Positions 9,112 to 20,400 of a stretch of 64,000 nt of DNA are shown here, piece by piece (within the stretch, counting starts at the first letter, position 1; each line of letters opens with the position of its first letter). Below the pieces are notes generated by a model, which saw nothing but the letters and a program-made list of their open reading frames with translations, did no database searches and was not told the DNA's origin. The stretch is from Armatimonadia bacterium (GTDB lineage Bacteria; Armatimonadota; Zipacnadia; Zipacnadales; UBA11051): NCBI GenBank assembly GCA_039683575.1, contig JBDKRC010000245.1, forward strand, positions 20,909 to 84,908, written 5' to 3'. The position numbers and the translations under genes are program-made.

Positions 9112-10361
9112 GCGCCAAACTTCTCCTGGGTACCACTGAAGTTGGTGAGCAGCGTCATGATGTCTTCTCCAACGAAGTTCCCCAGGCCGCCGCGCATGCA
9201 AGCACGCTCGCCAAAGCTCTCGACCTCGTCGGGACGTACGCCACACCCGAAGAAGACAGCCGGTATCGCATCTCCGGTGTGGTCCTTGAAGGTGACGGGT
9301 GTGCAGTGGTCTCCACTCACCATGATCACGGTGCTGCTGAAGTCCAGGTTCTCCAGCAGGTAGCCTATGGCGTTGTCCACCTTGGCAATGGCAGCCATCT
9401 TCTGGGCGGCATCGCCATCGTGTCCGCCAAGATCGGGAGCCTTGATGTTGGCGAGCACAAAGTCATGGTCCTCGAGGGCCTTGACGACGGCCCTGGCGAT
9501 AGCGATCTCGTCGGTGTCCTTGCCGCCAGTGGCTTCGGGCACGTCGACGACATCCATGGCCAGATACTGGGCCAGGCCGCGCACCAGGTCCACCTCAACG
9601 ATCATGGCACCCGAGACGCCATACTTGTCGGCAAAGGGCTCAAGCTGCACTGCGGTCCCGACCCCACGTGGTAGGGCAGCATTGGCCGGGGGAAGCCCCG
9701 CGGCAGCGCGCTGCTGATTGATTGGATGGCTCTGCAGAGCCTCTCGCGCAAGCTGTACCCACTTGTTCACTATCTTGGCGGTGCGTTGCGCGGCGGGGTC
9801 GTCCTTGGCTTCGGGCAGCGGCTCGCAGTCCGGGTACTCCACACCCTCATGGTGCGGGTCCACCTCAGTCACGCGATAGTCCAGACCTTCGCCACGCAGC
9901 ACCAGTGCCGCCCGGTGTTCGACTGATTCCTTGAAGATGCACTGCACGCCATCGATGAGACCAGCCTTCTCATTTACCGCCGCTGCGAGCTGCTCAGTAC
10001 CTTCCTTGATGCGCCCCGCGCGCCGGTCCACGAGCTTGCGCCCGTCCACTGTCGCGAAGTTGCAGCGGAAGGCGACGTCGCCCGGAAGAATGTCCAGTCC
10101 GACGCCCTTGGCCTCAAATGGTCCGCGGCCCTTGTAGTACTTGAAGGGGTCGTATCCCAGAATAGCCATGTGAGCGGTATCGCTGCCGACTCGCCGCCCC
10201 GGACTGATGGGGTTCAGCATGCCAGATAGTCCCTCTCGCGCCAGGCGGTCGAGGTTAGGCGTCGATTGCGCTTCCAGTGGCGTCTTGCCATCCAACTCGG
10301 GGACCTGCCTGTCACCAAGCCCGTCACCGAGGAATATGATCATCTTGCAGCCGTCCGACAT
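9108..10361 (-). CDS. apgM: 2,3-bisphosphoglycerate-independent phosphoglycerate mutase, archaeal type
   Basis: GDGLGDR, TPLEA, GSDTAH, GRGPFEA, FRCNFAT, DRRAGRI, PDLGGHDG, GDHCTP. Confidence 0.92.
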   Translation of the reverse strand: MSDGCKMIIFLGDGLGDRQVPELDGKTPLEAQSTPNLDRLAREGLSGMLNPISPGRRVGSDTAHMAILGYDPFKYYKGRGPFEAKGVGLDILPGDVAFRCNFATVDGRKLVDRRAGRIKEGTEQLAAAVNEKAGLIDGVQCIFKESVEHRAALVLRGEGLDYRVTEVDPHHEGVEYPDCEPLPEAKDDPAAQRTAKIVNKWVQLAREALQSHPINQQRAAAGLPPANAALPRGVGTAVQLEPFADKYGVSGAMIVEVDLVRGLAQYLAMDVVDVPEATGGKDTDEIAIARAVVKALEDHDFVLANIKAPDLGGHDGDAAQKMAAIAKVDNAIGYLLENLDFSSTVIMVSGDHCTPVTFKDHTGDAIPAVFFGCGVRPDEVESFGERACMRGGLGNFVGEDIMTLLTNFSGTQEKFGA

Positions 10362-10519
10362 GAGCAATCTCCTTTCCCATACCAAAACACAAGTCTGGGG
10401 ATTCTATAGCGAGGGCCGCGAAGTGGCAAGAGAAAGCTCAGTGAACACCATATCCCCACTGTAGACACCGCGAAGGTCCTTTGGCCGCATGTTGGGAATG
10501 TTCTGTCATCTGGAGGCAT

Positions 10520-11890
10520 ATGATGATCTCGGACATCCGCATCGTGGATCTGCAGACGTACTATACCTTTGAGGTGGCGCGCACTCCCCTCAAGTTCGGC
10601 GCCGTGGTTGTGGATGCGGTGGAGTTCTGTCGGGTGAAGGCGACCGTCGAGAATGGCCGTGGCCAGGTCGCCGAAGGCTGGGGCGGCATCTTCCTCATGG
10701 ACTTCTGGGGCTGGCCCACCACAGAGCTGCCCCACGCAGCCAAAGCCGCCGCCATGAAGGAACTGACCGAGCGCTACGTGGCTCTATTGCGCGGTTACGG
10801 CAAAGCCGGGCACCCCATCGACATCTTCCATGACGTCGAAGATGACCTGCGCCGACTCAACCACGAGCTCTGCACCGAGCGTGGCCTGCTGCCTGAGCAG
10901 CCCTTCCTGGGGGCACTGGTGTGCGCCTCTCCCGTTGATGCCGCTTTGCACGATGCCTTTGGGAACGTCAACGGGATAGACAGCTACTGCGGCTACGGGC
11001 CCGACTTCATGCATGATCTATCACGGTACCTCGGGCCGGCGTTTGCCGGGAAGTATCCGCAGGACTACATAAGGCCCCAGTACCTGCCCAAAGTGCCAGT
11101 CTTTCATCTGGTCGGTGGTCTGGACAAGCTGACGCGGGGTGAAGTCGATGAGACCGCCCCCCAGGATGGCGTGCCCAACTGCCTGGAGGATTGGGTTGCC
11201 CACGAGGGCATGTATTGCCTCAAGGTCAAACTGCGTGGAAGCGATCTGGATTGGGATGTGGACCGGACGCTGGCAGTCTACGAGATAGGGAAGAGGGAGC
11301 TTGCCCGGCGCGGCCAGACCGTGATGCATCTGACTGCCGACACGAATGAGCAGTGTGCGAGCCCAGAATACATCATAGAGTACCTGCACCGGCTGCAGGA
11401 AGCCGAGCCCCACTGCTACGACAAGATCCTGTACATCGAGCAACCGACCGAGCGGGACCTGACTGCCCATCGGCACGACATGCGTAAGCTGTCCAGTATG
11501 AAGCCTGTAATAGTGGATGAGAGCCTGACGGACCTGGAGAGTTTCGAATTGGCGATGGATCTGGGTTGGTCAGGGATCGCGCTGAAGACCTGCAAAGGCC
11601 ATTCGGCGGACATGCTGTACTGTGCGAAAGCCAAAGAGTTGGGGATCCCCTATAGCGTACAGGACCTCACCAATCCCAGTCTGGCGCTAATTCACTCAGT
11701 GGGGCTGGGGGCGCGACTGTACACCATTATGGGTGTGGAGGCCAACAGCAGGCAGTTCTTCCCTGCTTCCACGACTGCGGCCGAGAAGAGGGTCCATGGG
11801 GGCATCTTCTCGCTCGTGAACGGAGAAGCCGATACCTCCAGCCTTCGCGGAACTGGCCTCGGCTACCAGATGGAACGGATGCAGGAGTAG
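10520..11890 (+). CDS. Mandelate racemase/muconate lactonizing enzyme family (enolase superfamily) protein
   Basis: KVKL (KxK), ADTNE, IEQP, VDES ligands; GGAGG RBS. Confidence 0.85.
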   Translation: MMISDIRIVDLQTYYTFEVARTPLKFGAVVVDAVEFCRVKATVENGRGQVAEGWGGIFLMDFWGWPTTELPHAAKAAAMKELTERYVALLRGYGKAGHPIDIFHDVEDDLRRLNHELCTERGLLPEQPFLGALVCASPVDAALHDAFGNVNGIDSYCGYGPDFMHDLSRYLGPAFAGKYPQDYIRPQYLPKVPVFHLVGGLDKLTRGEVDETAPQDGVPNCLEDWVAHEGMYCLKVKLRGSDLDWDVDRTLAVYEIGKRELARRGQTVMHLTADTNEQCASPEYIIEYLHRLQEAEPHCYDKILYIEQPTERDLTAHRHDMRKLSSMKPVIVDESLTDLESFELAMDLGWSGIALKTCKGHSADMLYCAKAKELGIPYSVQDLTNPSLALIHSVGLGARLYTIMGVEANSRQFFPASTTAAEKRVHGGIFSLVNGEADTSSLRGTGLGYQMERMQE

Positions 11891-11894
11891 GAGC

Positions 11895-12620
11895 CTAATC
11901 CTCTGCCAGCGTCCACTGCTCGAGATAGGTATCGGCGAGGCGAACGAACTTAACGTGCCCATCTACGTAGCTGGCGTTGAAGGCATAGCTCGCGAAGTCG
12001 CTCTCCTTGCAGTTGGTGTGCCGGAAGCCATTGACCCGGCCACCCAGGCTTTCGAGAGTGTCTGCGGCGTTAGGAATCATACGGCCGATGGACTCGGCAT
12101 CCGCCGCATCGTCCTGACGACCGTCCTCGGCAACCATGATGGTACCGGAGGGGTCGCCGATCTCCGCTAACGAGCGGCCAGCTACTCCGAAGTCTGCCGC
12201 ACCATTCGAGGGAGATACATAGCCGTAGGAATAGGTGTGGATGTCGAAGCAGCCGCCGCCTGATAGGGTGGCGAGGCGCTGCGTCCCGCTGAGGCAGTCA
12301 AAGACCTGCTTGTTCTTGACGTACGGGAAGATCATGTCCGCCCAGCGAATGCCGTCGCCGCCTGCGTATCCCAGGCTTCCCTGGTAACCGCTGCCCTGGC
12401 TGAATGGCGGCAGGGCTTCGTCGCAATCCTGCGCGTACTGCAGCATCGCCAGGGCGATTTGCTTCTGGTTGCTCGCGCAGGAAGTCTTCCGCGCCTGTTC
12501 CCGGGCTCGAGCAAAAACAGGAAACAGGATCGAGGCAAGAATCGCGATTATCGCGATCACGACCAGCAGTTCGATCAACGTAAAACCTGACGGCGTGGCC
12601 CTGAACCTGCGGCAGTGCAT
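11895..12620 (-). CDS. Prepilin-type N-terminal cleavage/methylation, DUF1559 / H-X9-DG domain protein
   Basis: [37 protein letters not shown]-terminal RH...[10 protein letters not shown]. Confidence 0.9.
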   Translation of the reverse strand: MHCRRFRATPSGFTLIELLVVIAIIAILASILFPVFARAREQARKTSCASNQKQIALAMLQYAQDCDEALPPFSQGSGYQGSLGYAGGDGIRWADMIFPYVKNKQVFDCLSGTQRLATLSGGGCFDIHTYSYGYVSPSNGAADFGVAGRSLAEIGDPSGTIMVAEDGRQDDAADAESIGRMIPNAADTLESLGGRVNGFRHTNCKESDFASYAFNASYVDGHVKFVRLADTYLEQWTLAED

Positions 12621-12692
12621 AGGCACCTCCGGGCGGTCATACTGCACGTTAGACGCCTCGGATGGAGCCGGCATTCCGCCCTATTCCTTGGG

Positions 12693-13877
12693 TTAGGCGT
12701 CCTCCAGATACTTCAGGGCGATGGCTGCCAGGGCGGCCATGGCTAACGGCAGACAGCGCTCATCGGCGGCAAACTGAGGATGGTGCAGCGACATGGTTGC
12801 AGCCGCTTGCTCGTCCGGGGCACAGCCGACCCACAACAGGGCTCCCGGCACCTGCTGCAGGAGATAGGAAAAGTCCTCTCCGCCCATGGAAGGCCGCTCC
12901 TGCCGTTGCACTATGTCGCTACCCAACGCCTCCTGTATTGCTGCAACGGACAGCGCCGTTACCGCCTCATCTGTTACTGTAGCCGGAACGCCTCGCCGGT
13001 AGGTGAATTCGGCCTCACAACGGTGCGCATGCGCGATATCGGTGCACAGTTCACGCATTGCCTGCTCTATCATGTCCCGATGGTCGGTGAGCAAGGTACG
13101 GACGGTCCCCGCCAGTGTCGCCTCCATGGGGATGATGTTGTAAGCTGATCCGGCATTGAACTGACACACGCTGACGACGGCAGCTTCCAGCGGGTCCAGG
13201 CGCCGGCTTACCAGGGTCTGCAGCGCCATCACGATCTCCGCGGCCACAGGGATCGGGTCTCTCCCGCGATTGGGATTGGCTCCGTGGGCACCCGCGCCGA
13301 CGATCCGCACGGTAAAGGCATCGGCGGCTGCAAGGTTCGGCCCAGACCGCAGGGCTACCGTGCCTGCCAGGCGATCAGCCATGACATGAGCGCCAACGAT
13401 TGCATCGAGCCGCGGCTCACCTGCCAGGGCCCCCGCGGCGATCATACCTGCCGCGCCTCCCAAAGTCTCCTCGGCAGGCTGGAAGATGAACTTCACGGTG
13501 CCGCGAGGCAGACCGAGTTCCTGCAGCACCAGAGCGGCTCCTATGGTCCATGCGGTGTGGAAATCATGACCACAGGCGTGCATTACTCCCGGACTATCTG
13601 AAGCGTACTCAAGACCAGTCTCTTCGGTCACAGGCAATGCGTCCATGTCACAGCGCAAGCCGATGCAAGGGCTACCTTCGCCGATCTGGGCAATCAGCCC
13701 GTAGCCGCCAATGCCCTCCTCCACCTGAAAGCCGCATGCCCGCAGCCGCTGCGCTACAACCGCCGCTGTCCGTTGCTCCTGGCCACTTAGTTCGGGGTGG
13801 CGGTGCAGATCGCGCCGTAGCGTGATGATCTCGTCAAGATGCTTTGCGACCGCCTGCTGTAGTGAAGACGCATCCAT
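12693..13877 (-). CDS. M20D family amidohydrolase
   Basis: RRDLHRHPELS, LRCDMDALP, MHACGHDFH, FQPAEE, GGEDF, LHHP. Confidence 0.92.
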   Translation of the reverse strand: MDASSLQQAVAKHLDEIITLRRDLHRHPELSGQEQRTAAVVAQRLRACGFQVEEGIGGYGLIAQIGEGSPCIGLRCDMDALPVTEETGLEYASDSPGVMHACGHDFHTAWTIGAALVLQELGLPRGTVKFIFQPAEETLGGAAGMIAAGALAGEPRLDAIVGAHVMADRLAGTVALRSGPNLAAADAFTVRIVGAGAHGANPNRGRDPIPVAAEIVMALQTLVSRRLDPLEAAVVSVCQFNAGSAYNIIPMEATLAGTVRTLLTDHRDMIEQAMRELCTDIAHAHRCEAEFTYRRGVPATVTDEAVTALSVAAIQEALGSDIVQRQERPSMGGEDFSYLLQQVPGALLWVGCAPDEQAAATMSLHHPQFAADERCLPLAMAALAAIALKYLEDA

Positions 13878-13969
13878 TGAGTGTCTACCTCCGTCCGCAT
13901 GCTATCACCGAACACTTCGGCGAGGCAAGCTCCGAAAGAGTGCGCAGACCCTTAGGTCGGCCCGGAGTA

Positions 13970-13998
13970 TTGACAAGGCGCAGGACGCTATGGATAAT
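13970..13998 (+). promoter_or_regulatory. Sigma70-type promoter of the efflux operon
   Basis: TTGACA-17 bp-GATAAT, about 60 nt upstream of the AbrB-like gene. Confidence 0.65.
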
Positions 13999-14056
13999 TC
14001 GAACAATGCATGTAAGTCATACATATCATGCGACCTGCGCAAGGTGGTGGAACCAC

Positions 14057-14317
14057 ATGTCGGAATTCGAATTGACACCCCACTTCATGGGGGCCGCGAC
14101 TGTGGGGGAACGGGGCCAGGTGGTCATACCGGCTGAAGCCCGCGAACGACTGAACATCAAGCCGGGTGATAAGCTGCTGGTGTTCACCCATCCTGCCGGC
14201 TTTGGAGTGGCTTTCGTGAAGTTCGACAAGATGCAGGAAGCGCAAGCTGAATTGCAGCGCGTGCTGGTGGAACTGGGCGACATGGCGGATGCGCCCGCTG
14301 GCAATGAGGAGGCGTAA
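14057..14317 (+). CDS. AbrB/MazE/SpoVT family DNA-binding protein
   Basis: ATVGERGQVVIPAEARERLNIKPGDKLLVF swapped-hairpin motif. Confidence 0.88.
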   Translation: MSEFELTPHFMGAATVGERGQVVIPAEARERLNIKPGDKLLVFTHPAGFGVAFVKFDKMQEAQAELQRVLVELGDMADAPAGNEEA

Positions 14318-14319
14318 GG

Positions 14320-15705
14320 ATGAGGAAAGCATGGCTGGCGTTCTGCTTTGCAGCGGTCACGGCGGTAGCAACTGCTCAGGAACCTCAACCCCCCTCAACC
14401 CCTCCACCTGTCGCCGCTCCTGTGGCATCATCGCCAGCGCGTCTGCCTGCGGTTGCGTCGCCGTTGCGTCTGACCCCGCAGACGGCCGCGGAAGTCGCCG
14501 TGCAACGTTCCGCAGATCTGGCGATCAGCGAACAGGGCATTGCCGCGGCCAGAGCCAACGTCCGCCTGGCCGAGTCCCAGAAGGGGCTGCGAGTGGAGGC
14601 GCAGGCTTCCTATACCCGCATGGGCCCCACGCAGTCCATCACCCTCCCGGAATCCATGGGCGGTGGCCAGATATCGTTCACGGCTCCCCAGTCACACATC
14701 GAGACGCTGGCCGTGACCAAGCCACTCTACCTCGGCGAACGTGACCGCTACGCCAGGCAGGCGGCCCAGGCAGGCGTGCAAGCCGCAGAGCAGAATCTTC
14801 AGGCGGGCATCGTAAGCGTCGCAGTTGCAGCGCGGGAAGCAGTCTTCACTCTGCTCAGGCTCCAGCAACTGAGCCTGGTGGCAGAGCAGCGCCTGACAGC
14901 AATTGCAGAACATCTTCGCATCGCACGCGCCATGTTCGAGGCGGGTACCACCGCTCGTTTCGAGGTAGTCCAGGCGGAAACAGAACTCGCGCAGGCCAAG
15001 GGGGATCTGCTAACGGCACAGACGGCTGTTGCAAAACAGAAAGCCTTCATCGCACAGCTGCTGCTCGTCCCCCAGGGCACTGAGATAATCGCTGAAGAAG
15101 GCGTGCCTGCGGCAGTACCGGAAGGCGACTTGCATCGGCTGATTGCTGCAGCAATTGCGGAGCGCCCTGAACTCGATGCCCTCGAAGCCGCCGTGCGCGC
15201 GCAACAGGCCAATCTGCGGCTTGCCAGGGCCAACGACAATCCTTCGCTTGCCGTCCAGGGCAGCGTCAACCGGCAGACCGCTACGGCCGCGTCGAGTGAG
15301 ATCAACTGGAACGTGACGGTGGGGGTGACCAAGCCAATCTACCAGGGCGGAGAGACCCGCGCGCGCGTGGATACGGCCAAGGCCTCGTTGAGGACCGCCG
15401 AACTGAACGTAGAGCGCGTGGAGCAGCAGATTGCCTTACAGGTCTCCCAGGCGCTGCTTAGTCTCCAGCAGGCCACGGAGCAACTGCTGGTTGCCCAGCA
15501 GGGCGAAGTCGAGGCGCAGGAGCGTGCCCGCATAGCACTCGTGCGCTTCCAAAACGGCGTCGGCCTTGGCGTTGAGGTTATCGATGCCCAGACTGCGCTC
15601 GCGGCTGCTCAGACCAATGTTGTGAATGCTCGCTACGATCTGCAGGTCGCAGTGGCCAGCCTGCGTGCGGCCCTCGGACTGACTGATCTGCCAAAGGAGT
15701 CATAG
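14320..15705 (+). CDS. TolC family outer-membrane efflux protein
   Basis: Signal peptide; two OEP repeats (FEAG..RFEVVQAE; RPEL; PIYQGG; FQNG..VIDAQ). Confidence 0.88.
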   Translation: MRKAWLAFCFAAVTAVATAQEPQPPSTPPPVAAPVASSPARLPAVASPLRLTPQTAAEVAVQRSADLAISEQGIAAARANVRLAESQKGLRVEAQASYTRMGPTQSITLPESMGGGQISFTAPQSHIETLAVTKPLYLGERDRYARQAAQAGVQAAEQNLQAGIVSVAVAAREAVFTLLRLQQLSLVAEQRLTAIAEHLRIARAMFEAGTTARFEVVQAETELAQAKGDLLTAQTAVAKQKAFIAQLLLVPQGTEIIAEEGVPAAVPEGDLHRLIAAAIAERPELDALEAAVRAQQANLRLARANDNPSLAVQGSVNRQTATAASSEINWNVTVGVTKPIYQGGETRARVDTAKASLRTAELNVERVEQQIALQVSQALLSLQQATEQLLVAQQGEVEAQERARIALVRFQNGVGLGVEVIDAQTALAAAQTNVVNARYDLQVAVASLRAALGLTDLPKES

Positions 15706-15708
15706 TCA

Positions 15709-17409
15709 ATGAGACCGCGTTGGATGCTGTTGAGCATTCTGGCCTTCGCCATTCTGACTGTCGGCTTGCTGGTTGGCTGCCGGGGCGGCCAGGAGAAGGC
15801 TGCCGCGACCACAGCCGAGGTGCCGGTCACGTCGGTACTCGTTGTGCGTGCTGGAACTGGGGATATCTATCAGACAGAAACCCTGACGGGTACGATCGAG
15901 CCGCAGCGAGAAGTGGACGTGCAGACAGAGCTGTCCGGGAAGGTTGCCTGGGTCGGGTACGACGTGGGTGACCGTGTGAGCCGGGGACAGGCGTTGGTGC
16001 GCCTCGATACAGCCCTCGCCGCCTCGGGCGAGCGACAGAGCGAGGCTGCAGTATCTGCCGCCCAGGCTCGTTACGGGCAGACGCGCGTAGGCCTCAAGCT
16101 GACGCGTGAGCAGACTGCCAGTCAGGTTCGTCAGGCCGAAAGCTCCATGGAGGGCGCGCGAAATCGTCTGCGCCAGGCCAAGACGACGGCGGAACTTACC
16201 CGCTCCCGTGTTGAGGATGCCATTCGTCAGGCCCGGATCGGCGTGGATAGCGCGCAGGCGCAACTGGCTGATGTGAAGGCCGGCACTCGCTCCCAGGAGG
16301 TCGATCAGGCCCAGGCACGTCTTGAGCAGGCCAAGTCCAGCGCCAGACTCGCGAAGCTCAGCCTTGATCGGGCGCGTAACCTGATGCAGCAGGGCGCGGT
16401 GGCTCAGGCGCAACTCGACAGTGCTCAGGTGGAGTACGAGACAGCTCAGGCCAACGTGCGGGTCGCGGAGCAGGCCCTCGATCTGGCGAAGGAAGGCGCG
16501 CGCAGTCAGCAGATCCGTGTAGCCGAACTCCTCGTGCAGCATGCCCAACAGGTCTTGGCACAGGCAGAAGCACAGCGCGGGCAGACTGACGTGGCGGAGC
16601 GCGACGTGCGCACCGCGGAAGTTGCGCTCGAGCAAGCCGAAGAGAGTGCGCGGCTAGCGCGTGCAGAGCTGGCCCGCGTGTCGTCCACCGAGCAGGATGT
16701 CAAAGCGGCTCGCGCCGCCGTGCGGCAAGCGTCCGCGGCTAACGTCTACAGTCGAACCCAGGTCAGCAAGCACACAGTCTACGCCCCGATCAGTGGCACG
16801 ATTGCCCAGCGCAACGTTGAGCCGGGCGAAGGGGCCTCCCCGGGAGTATCTCTCGTCAGGATCGTCAATCTCAACCCCGTGCGGGTGACCTGCGAAGCCT
16901 CGGAGTTGCAGGTGCGGGACATGCAAGTGGGGCAGCAGGGCAATGTGTTGGTTGATGCTCTACCAGGACGATCCTTCGTGGGCAGGATCACGGATATCGC
17001 TCCCCAGACCCGCAATGGTGATCGCATCTTCCTGGTGCGCCTTCAGGTGCCCAATGAGGGCGCTCTGCTTCGCGCAGGAATGTTCGCCCGAGTGCAGATC
17101 GTCACAGGATTGCACCGCAATACCGTAGTCGTGCCGCGAGACGTGCTGCTTGAGCGCGGCGAAAAGCGTGTCATCTATACTGTTGTGGGCGACAAGGTAA
17201 AGGTCCGTGACGTCGAGATTGGCGCGGCTGACGATGGCCGGATTGAGGTTCTGCGAGGAGTTCGGGCTGGAGATGTGATGGTCTTTGGCGGCCAGAGCCT
17301 GTTGGCAGAGGGCCAGAAGATCAGGCCGCAACTCCGTGATGAAGCGACCGCTGCAACTCAGAAAGCCGAGACAACCGCTGAGGGCGCGTCTCCAGCCGTA
17401 ACGCAGTAG
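15709..17409 (+). CDS. RND efflux periplasmic adaptor (MFP), lipoprotein with long coiled coil
   Basis: LVGC lipobox; GDRVSRGQALVRLD and APISG lipoyl halves; LRAGMF; about 260-aa Ala/Gln-rich helical insert. Confidence 0.9.
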   Translation: MRPRWMLLSILAFAILTVGLLVGCRGGQEKAAATTAEVPVTSVLVVRAGTGDIYQTETLTGTIEPQREVDVQTELSGKVAWVGYDVGDRVSRGQALVRLDTALAASGERQSEAAVSAAQARYGQTRVGLKLTREQTASQVRQAESSMEGARNRLRQAKTTAELTRSRVEDAIRQARIGVDSAQAQLADVKAGTRSQEVDQAQARLEQAKSSARLAKLSLDRARNLMQQGAVAQAQLDSAQVEYETAQANVRVAEQALDLAKEGARSQQIRVAELLVQHAQQVLAQAEAQRGQTDVAERDVRTAEVALEQAEESARLARAELARVSSTEQDVKAARAAVRQASAANVYSRTQVSKHTVYAPISGTIAQRNVEPGEGASPGVSLVRIVNLNPVRVTCEASELQVRDMQVGQQGNVLVDALPGRSFVGRITDIAPQTRNGDRIFLVRLQVPNEGALLRAGMFARVQIVTGLHRNTVVVPRDVLLERGEKRVIYTVVGDKVKVRDVEIGAADDGRIEVLRGVRAGDVMVFGGQSLLAEGQKIRPQLRDEATAATQKAETTAEGASPAVTQ

Positions 17410-17473
17410 GGGGCTTGCTCCCCGCGCCGTTGCTGGCGGCAACCAAATTGCTGATAAGGAGCCATCTGGCTCG

Positions 17474-20400
17474 ATGCTTACCAGGTTCGCGATTAACCGC
17501 CGTGTGACCATCTCCATGTTCATCCTTGGACTGGTCATCATGGGTCTAGTTGGCCTCTCCAAGATGCCGTGGGACCTTAACCCCAAGGTTGACTTCCCGA
17601 TGGTCTCGGTGACGGTTCCATATCCCGGTGCCAGTCCCCAGGAGATCGAGCAACGGATCGTACGCACTCTGGAAGACCAGGTCAGCGTCATCAACGGCGT
17701 CGATCAGGTGACTTCCCAATGCCAGGAAAACATCGGCGTAGTCAGCATCCGATTCCGCTATGGCACCGACGTGGATGTGGCCGCAGCCGATGTGCGCGAC
17801 GCCCTGGACCGTACCAAAGCGGAGTTCCCGGATGATGTTGAGGCCGCCTCCATCTACAAACTCGACATCGGCGCGATGCCCGTCATCACCATGGGCATTA
17901 CCGGCGACAGGCCGCCTCGAGACCTGCGCAAGATGGTGGAAGACACCATAAAGCCTGTACTCGGGCAAGTGCCAGGCGTTGCGGCTGTGACGATCTCCGG
18001 CGGTGAAGAGCGCGAGATCCAGATTCTGGCCAACAGGGACCGCCTCGACGCTGTCCAGATGTCCATCTCCGACCTCGCGCGAGACCTTGCCAACCAGAAC
18101 CTGGACATCCCCAGCGGCAACATCAAAGCGGGCATCCGCGACTATGCCGTGCGTGCTCTGGGACAGTTCTCCAGCATGGACGAGATCCGGCAACTCAGGA
18201 TAGACACCCCCGTCGGCCTGATCCCCCTGCGCGACATTGCTGAGGTTCTCGATACCGTTGCGGAGCCGTCGACCCTCGCCCGCACCGACGGCGTGCCCGC
18301 GGTGGGTGTGTCGGTACTGAAGCAGTCCGAAGCAAACACTGTCAGCGTCGTCGAAGGAGTGCGGCAGCGCCTCGAGATGCTGCTGGGCACCCAGGGAAAG
18401 CCCGGCAAACTCCCGGGCGACATTAAGGCTGTTGTGTCCTACGATGCTTCTGAACGCGTTAAGGAAGCCATCTATGACGTGCGCGATGCACTCATGTGGG
18501 GCGCGCTGCTGGCGGCGGTGGTGGTGTTCCTTTTCCTGCACAACTTCCGCGGCACAATCATAGTCGCTCTGGCCATCCCGACCTGTATCATGATGACGTT
18601 CCTGCCGATTGGCCTGGGGCTGGGCTTCACCCTCAACATGATGGTCATGCTCGGCCTGGCCCTCTCGGTGGGTATTCTCGTTGACGACTCGATCGTCGTC
18701 CTCGAGAACATTGACCGCCACCTGCAGATGGGTGAGCAGCCAGCCACGGCTGCCTACAACGGACGTACCGAGATTGGGGCGGCAGCCGTCGCGCTCACAA
18801 GCGTCGATGTGGTGGTCTACGTTCCTGTAGCCATGATGGGCGGCATCGTTGGTCGCTTCTTCTATTCGTTTGGCATCACCGTTTTCATCTGCACAATCTT
18901 CTCGCTCTTTGTGGCCTTTACGCTCACCCCAATGTTGGCCTCATGGTGGTACCAGCGCACTGATCGTCGTAAGGGTCACCGCCTTGGCCTCTGGGCCCGG
19001 TTCTTTGCGGCCTTCGATAGCTCTTACGCGGCCTTGGAGCGTGCCTATGTGCGCTTGCTGAAGCCTGCTATCCGGCACCCCTACATCACGGTCGCAGTCG
19101 GCTACGCCTTCCTGATTTTCGTCTTCATAGTCATTGGACCACGCCTCGGTCAGGAGTTCTTCCCGCAGTCCGATGAGGGCCGTCTTTCGGTTGAGATCGA
19201 GACAGCCGTCGGTACGCGCCTTGAGGAAACAGACCGCCTCACACGCATCATGGAGCAACGCCTGCTGAACCGTCAGAAGTACCCGGAGGTCACCGATCTC
19301 GACGTCACTGTCGGTCAGGGCTCCGCAAGTCACTTTGGCACCGGCAACCAGGGCGGCCGCTTCGCCAGCATCTCAGTCACTATGAGCGGCCGCAAGGAGC
19401 GCCTGCACGCCCAACAGAGGTCGGATGTGGCTCTTGCCGAGCAGCTTCGAAAGGACTTCTCCGATATACCGAACGCGACTATCAAGGTGCTCCCCGCTAC
19501 CGGCAATGGCCCGGGTAGTGCAGCCTTGGAGTACAACGTTCTCAGCGAAGACGAAGAAGCACTCGATAGGGCGGCAGCGCTGCTCGTAGCCGAACTCCGC
19601 AAGAACCCGAGACTGTTCTATGTAGACATTTCCTCCAAGCCGGGCCGGCCCGAGATACATGCCCGGATCGATCGCCTGCGGTGTGCCGACATGGGGTTGA
19701 CAGTGGCAAAAGTGTCCGCTGCGCTTCGTACTGCCTTTGCTGGCGACACCAGCAGCAAGTATCGCGAAGCCGGCGATGAATACGAGATGCGAGTGGAGTT
19801 CCGGGAGTTTGACCGCTCGCGCGTTCAGGACGTCGGCAACCTCTTTGTTGGCATGTCTGATCGAGACGGCGTCGACCAACCTGTTCGTCTGCGCGACGTA
19901 GCCGATATCACAATGTCTTCAGGCCCAAGCAGAATCGAGCGTTACAACCGCCAGCGCACGGTCACAGTCAGCGCGCAGCCCGTGCCTGGCTATGCCTCGG
20001 ACAAGGCGCAGAAAGACTTCGAGGCCGCCGCGGCCAAGATCGACATCCCCGGAGTGACTTTCGCCTGGACTGGTATGGCGCAGATGATGCGTGAAAGTTT
20101 CGCCTTCATGGGGCAGGCAATGCTGCTCTCGGTCATCTTGGTCTACCTGGTAACTGCCGCACTCTACAACTCAGTACTCGAGCCGTTGAACGTCATGCTC
20201 ACGCTGCCGATGGCCCTGGCTGGCGCTTTCCTGGGTCTCTATATCTGCGGCATGAACATGAGCGTGGTGGCGATCATCGGTTTCATTATGCTAATGGGGA
20301 TCGTGGGCAAAAACGCAATTCTGGTAGTGGACTACACAAATACGCTCCGTGCGCGTGGTATGACGCGTACTGAGGCGCTTGAGACTGCTGGCCCGCACAG

